Shown here piece by piece: positions 61,626 to 64,000 of a DNA stretch of 64,000 nt. Under the pieces are notes generated by a model. It did no database searches and was not told where the DNA came from. It saw nothing but the letters and a program-made list of their open reading frames with translations. How positions within the stretch are numbered: the first letter of the stretch is position 1; each line of letters begins with the position of its first letter. This DNA comes from an uncultured Chloroflexia bacterium. GTDB taxonomy: Bacteria > Chloroflexota > Anaerolineae > CG2-30-64-16. A program made the position numbers and the translations under genes. Location: contig CAWEMM010000006.1 in the NCBI GenBank assembly GCA_963810095.1, forward strand, positions 1,088,001 through 1,152,000, in the 5' to 3' direction.

Positions 61626-63663
61626 CTCAGGATCATCGCTCCGGCGTTGGCGCTTCTAGCCGCCTGTTCGCCCCAGAAGTCCACGACGATGCATTCGGCG
61701 CCGGGTGCAGCGATGGCCTGTGTCGGCAGCGGGCTCAGAATGCGCCAGCCCGACGGTACATCCACGGTCACAGTCACCGGCCCCGCCATCACGTCCGGCG
61801 AACCGGTAGAAACCCGAGGCCTTCGTCCGCCAGGTCTTCTCAGCCCCCGACCCATCCACCAAGCGGACCGTCCAATTCGCCAGCCCTTCTCCGCCCGCAA
61901 CGTTCAAAACGCTCCCCTGCACACACACGCTCGCCGGTGGCGTCGGGGTGCTGCGCGGGGTGCGGGTTGGGACGACGACGACAGGGGCAGCCGTGGCGGT
62001 CGGGACGCTCACTTCTTCGGCCTGCTTGAGCGGCCCTTGCACCTTCAGCGAGCGCGAAGGCACCCAGCCCTCTTTCCCGTCGGCCGTGCAGCACACCCGC
62101 AGCCAGGCGCCGTCGGAGCGGCGGCCTGTGATCGAGACGACCGCACCCTCGGCCACCTGGCCGATCTCCGGGAACCCACTCCCCGGCCCCGCTTTTGCGG
62201 TGAGCGGTCCCGACAAAACGGTCGCCCACGGCGTGGGTACGGGAGTCAACGTCGGCGTGTTCGGCTGGGTGGGCGAAGCAGTGGGAGTGGCCGCTTGGGC
62301 GAGCAGCAGGCCCTGGCGGGCGGCGCCGGTGTCACTCACTGCCAGCGCCTGCGCCCGGCCGAACTGCTCGGAGGCAGCCTGAATGTCGCCTTTCGCGAGA
62401 GCATCCCGGCCCTGCGCCACCATCAGGTCATAGAGCCGCGCAGCCGCTTGCCCGCCTGCGTAACCGGGCGCCTCAGACACCAAGGCGACCAGTTGGGTGC
62501 TGGCGCGCTCGCTGTCGCCGCGGGCCAGCGCCTGGAGTGCGTCGAGGTAGAGTCCGCCCAGCCGCCGGGCATCCGAGGCGGTGCGGTTGCGCGGGTGAAT
62601 GGCGAGCGCCTCTCCGAAATAACTCACCGCGGCCTTCACCTCGTCCATGCTGCCGCCTTCGCTCTTCAGCATGGCTTCGCCCGCGTTCAGGTAGCACACG
62701 AACAGGAACTCGTTGACGGTCTCGGTACGGTATGACCCGTCCAGGTCGCGTATTTTCTCGAACTGTTCGAGGGCCTGCTCCCACTGCCCGAGATCATAGA
62801 GGCGCCCACCGTCCGCGTACAGGCCGGCCAGCCGGCGCCGCTGGCTGACCAGGTCCGACTTGGCACGCGCATCCCGGTAGTTCGGATCGCCGGCCAGTAC
62901 GTTGGACAGTTCGAGCCCCGCCCGGTCCCAATTCTCTTCGGCGATTGCGGCTTCCGCGGCCGCATAGCCCTGGGCCAATGTTTCCTGCCGCTTTGCGCGC
63001 TCCAGGCCGAGCCGTGCTTCCGGGTCATTGGGCGACATCTCGAGCATTTTCTCAAAAGCGACCCGCGCCTTCGTTGTCGCCGGCGGCCAGCCGGGCGGTT
63101 CCCCGGTTGTAGAGCGCCTCCGCGGCCCGGTTCCCACGCCACGGCAGGCGGTCGCCGAACGCGACCAGGAGCAGCGCCGCCACGGCAAGGATGCCCAGCG
63201 TGACATAGAGCGCTGTCCGTGCGCGCGAAGGCGAGAATCGTGCCCGCCACCCCGCCCGCGTGCCCCGCGTCTCGCCCCCTGGCAGGCCCCCGGCGGGCGC
63301 GGCGTTCTGAAGCTGGAGGAACCACCGCACTTCCTCCAGGAGCGCGTCGAGGCCCGGCCGCGACGGCTGGAGTTCCTTGAGCCGGGTAAACCGGTCGAGT
63401 GCTTCCTCCCAGTTGCGGTGCTGGTACGCGGCCATACCTTCGTAGTACAGCGCCTCGATCGCATCGGGCGGCGGCACCTGCTCGAAGGTAGGCGCGGCGG
63501 CGCCACGCCCACTCCGCGCGGGGCCAAAATCCCGCCGGATGATGCGTGGTCCGGGTTCGCCGCGGCCGAGCGCCGGCTCCTCGCCGGCCTGCTCGCCCCC
63601 CGAACCCTGTGGCCCCATTTCACGTTCGGGGCCACCCTCAGGAATCGTCCGAGTTGGCGCCAT
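61622..63663 (-). CDS. Single-TM TPR + SH3b + carboxypeptidase-regulatory-like domain protein (frameshifts ~63065, ~61800)
   Basis: TPR helices (DPNYRDA), KAGPGSGF...WLRVCC...EGWV, GFYRF. Confidence 0.72.
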
Positions 63664-63758
63664 CTAGCTTCCGGTCAGCCTCCCCAGGCCGGCTTGCCTG
63701 CAGGAGTAACGTTCAAGTGCACGCCGTGTCACCTCGCCGGCGCACGTCTGCCCGCCGT

Positions 63759-64000
63759 TCATTGAGCGGGCTCGTCTGCGCCCCGCGGCTCGAGCGTCTC
63801 AGTTTCGACGGCCGCAGCAGGCTCGGCGTCGGCCGCGGCCGCGGCCGCTCCGCCCGCTTGGCGGACAGTGGCGAGGAACAGCGTGCTTCGGTCGATGATC
63901 TGGATGCTGTCCACGTAGCTCCAGGTGTTGTATTTGTTGTCGGGGCGGCCGTTCTGCGGCCCGTTGCAGTTGGCAAACACCAGCTCGCCGTGCTTCCCCG
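63759..64000 (-). CDS. 3' end of a probable secreted protein, partial
   Basis: Open frame ...NTWSYVDSIQIIDRSTLFLATVRQ...EPAQ*. Confidence 0.55.
   Translation of the reverse strand, partial: GKHGELVFANCNGPQNGRPDNKYNTWSYVDSIQIIDRSTLFLATVRQAGGAAAAAADAEPAAAVETETLEPRGADEPAQ

Overview
A GC-rich bacterial window, most likely Chloroflexota (Anaerolineae/Caldilineae-like). The taxon is inferred from secreted Thr/Pro-rich proteins ending in a YLPxI-type motif, from spoVS/ricT/holB/rnj content, and from the lack of outer-membrane export genes. Bases 1-9.9 kb are housekeeping: spoVS 3' end, ricT/PSP1, holB, hutI, a MaoC dehydratase, a lipoprotein, an M20 peptidase, a GNAT and RNase J. Bases 9.98-64 kb are one co-oriented minus-strand cell-surface glycan locus. 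It contains (a) a Wzx/Wzy-type pathway (priming transferase, 8 GT4s, flippase, chain-length protein, one O-antigen-ligase/Wzy-like protein, WbpB/WbpD-like enzymes); (b) a polyprenol-P-sugar/GT-C module; (c) tailoring enzymes, including a radical SAM-SDR fusion, a probable nucleotidyltransferase-kinase fusion and 3 methyltransferases; and (d) six large secreted modular proteins sharing Thr/Pro linkers and a hydrophobic [YF]-[LV]-P-x-[ILV] motif. About 20 genes or junctions carry single-base frameshifts that look like long-read errors, many next to CGCG. No rRNA, tRNA, CRISPR or transposase was seen. All family calls are from motif recognition by eye, not from database searches.
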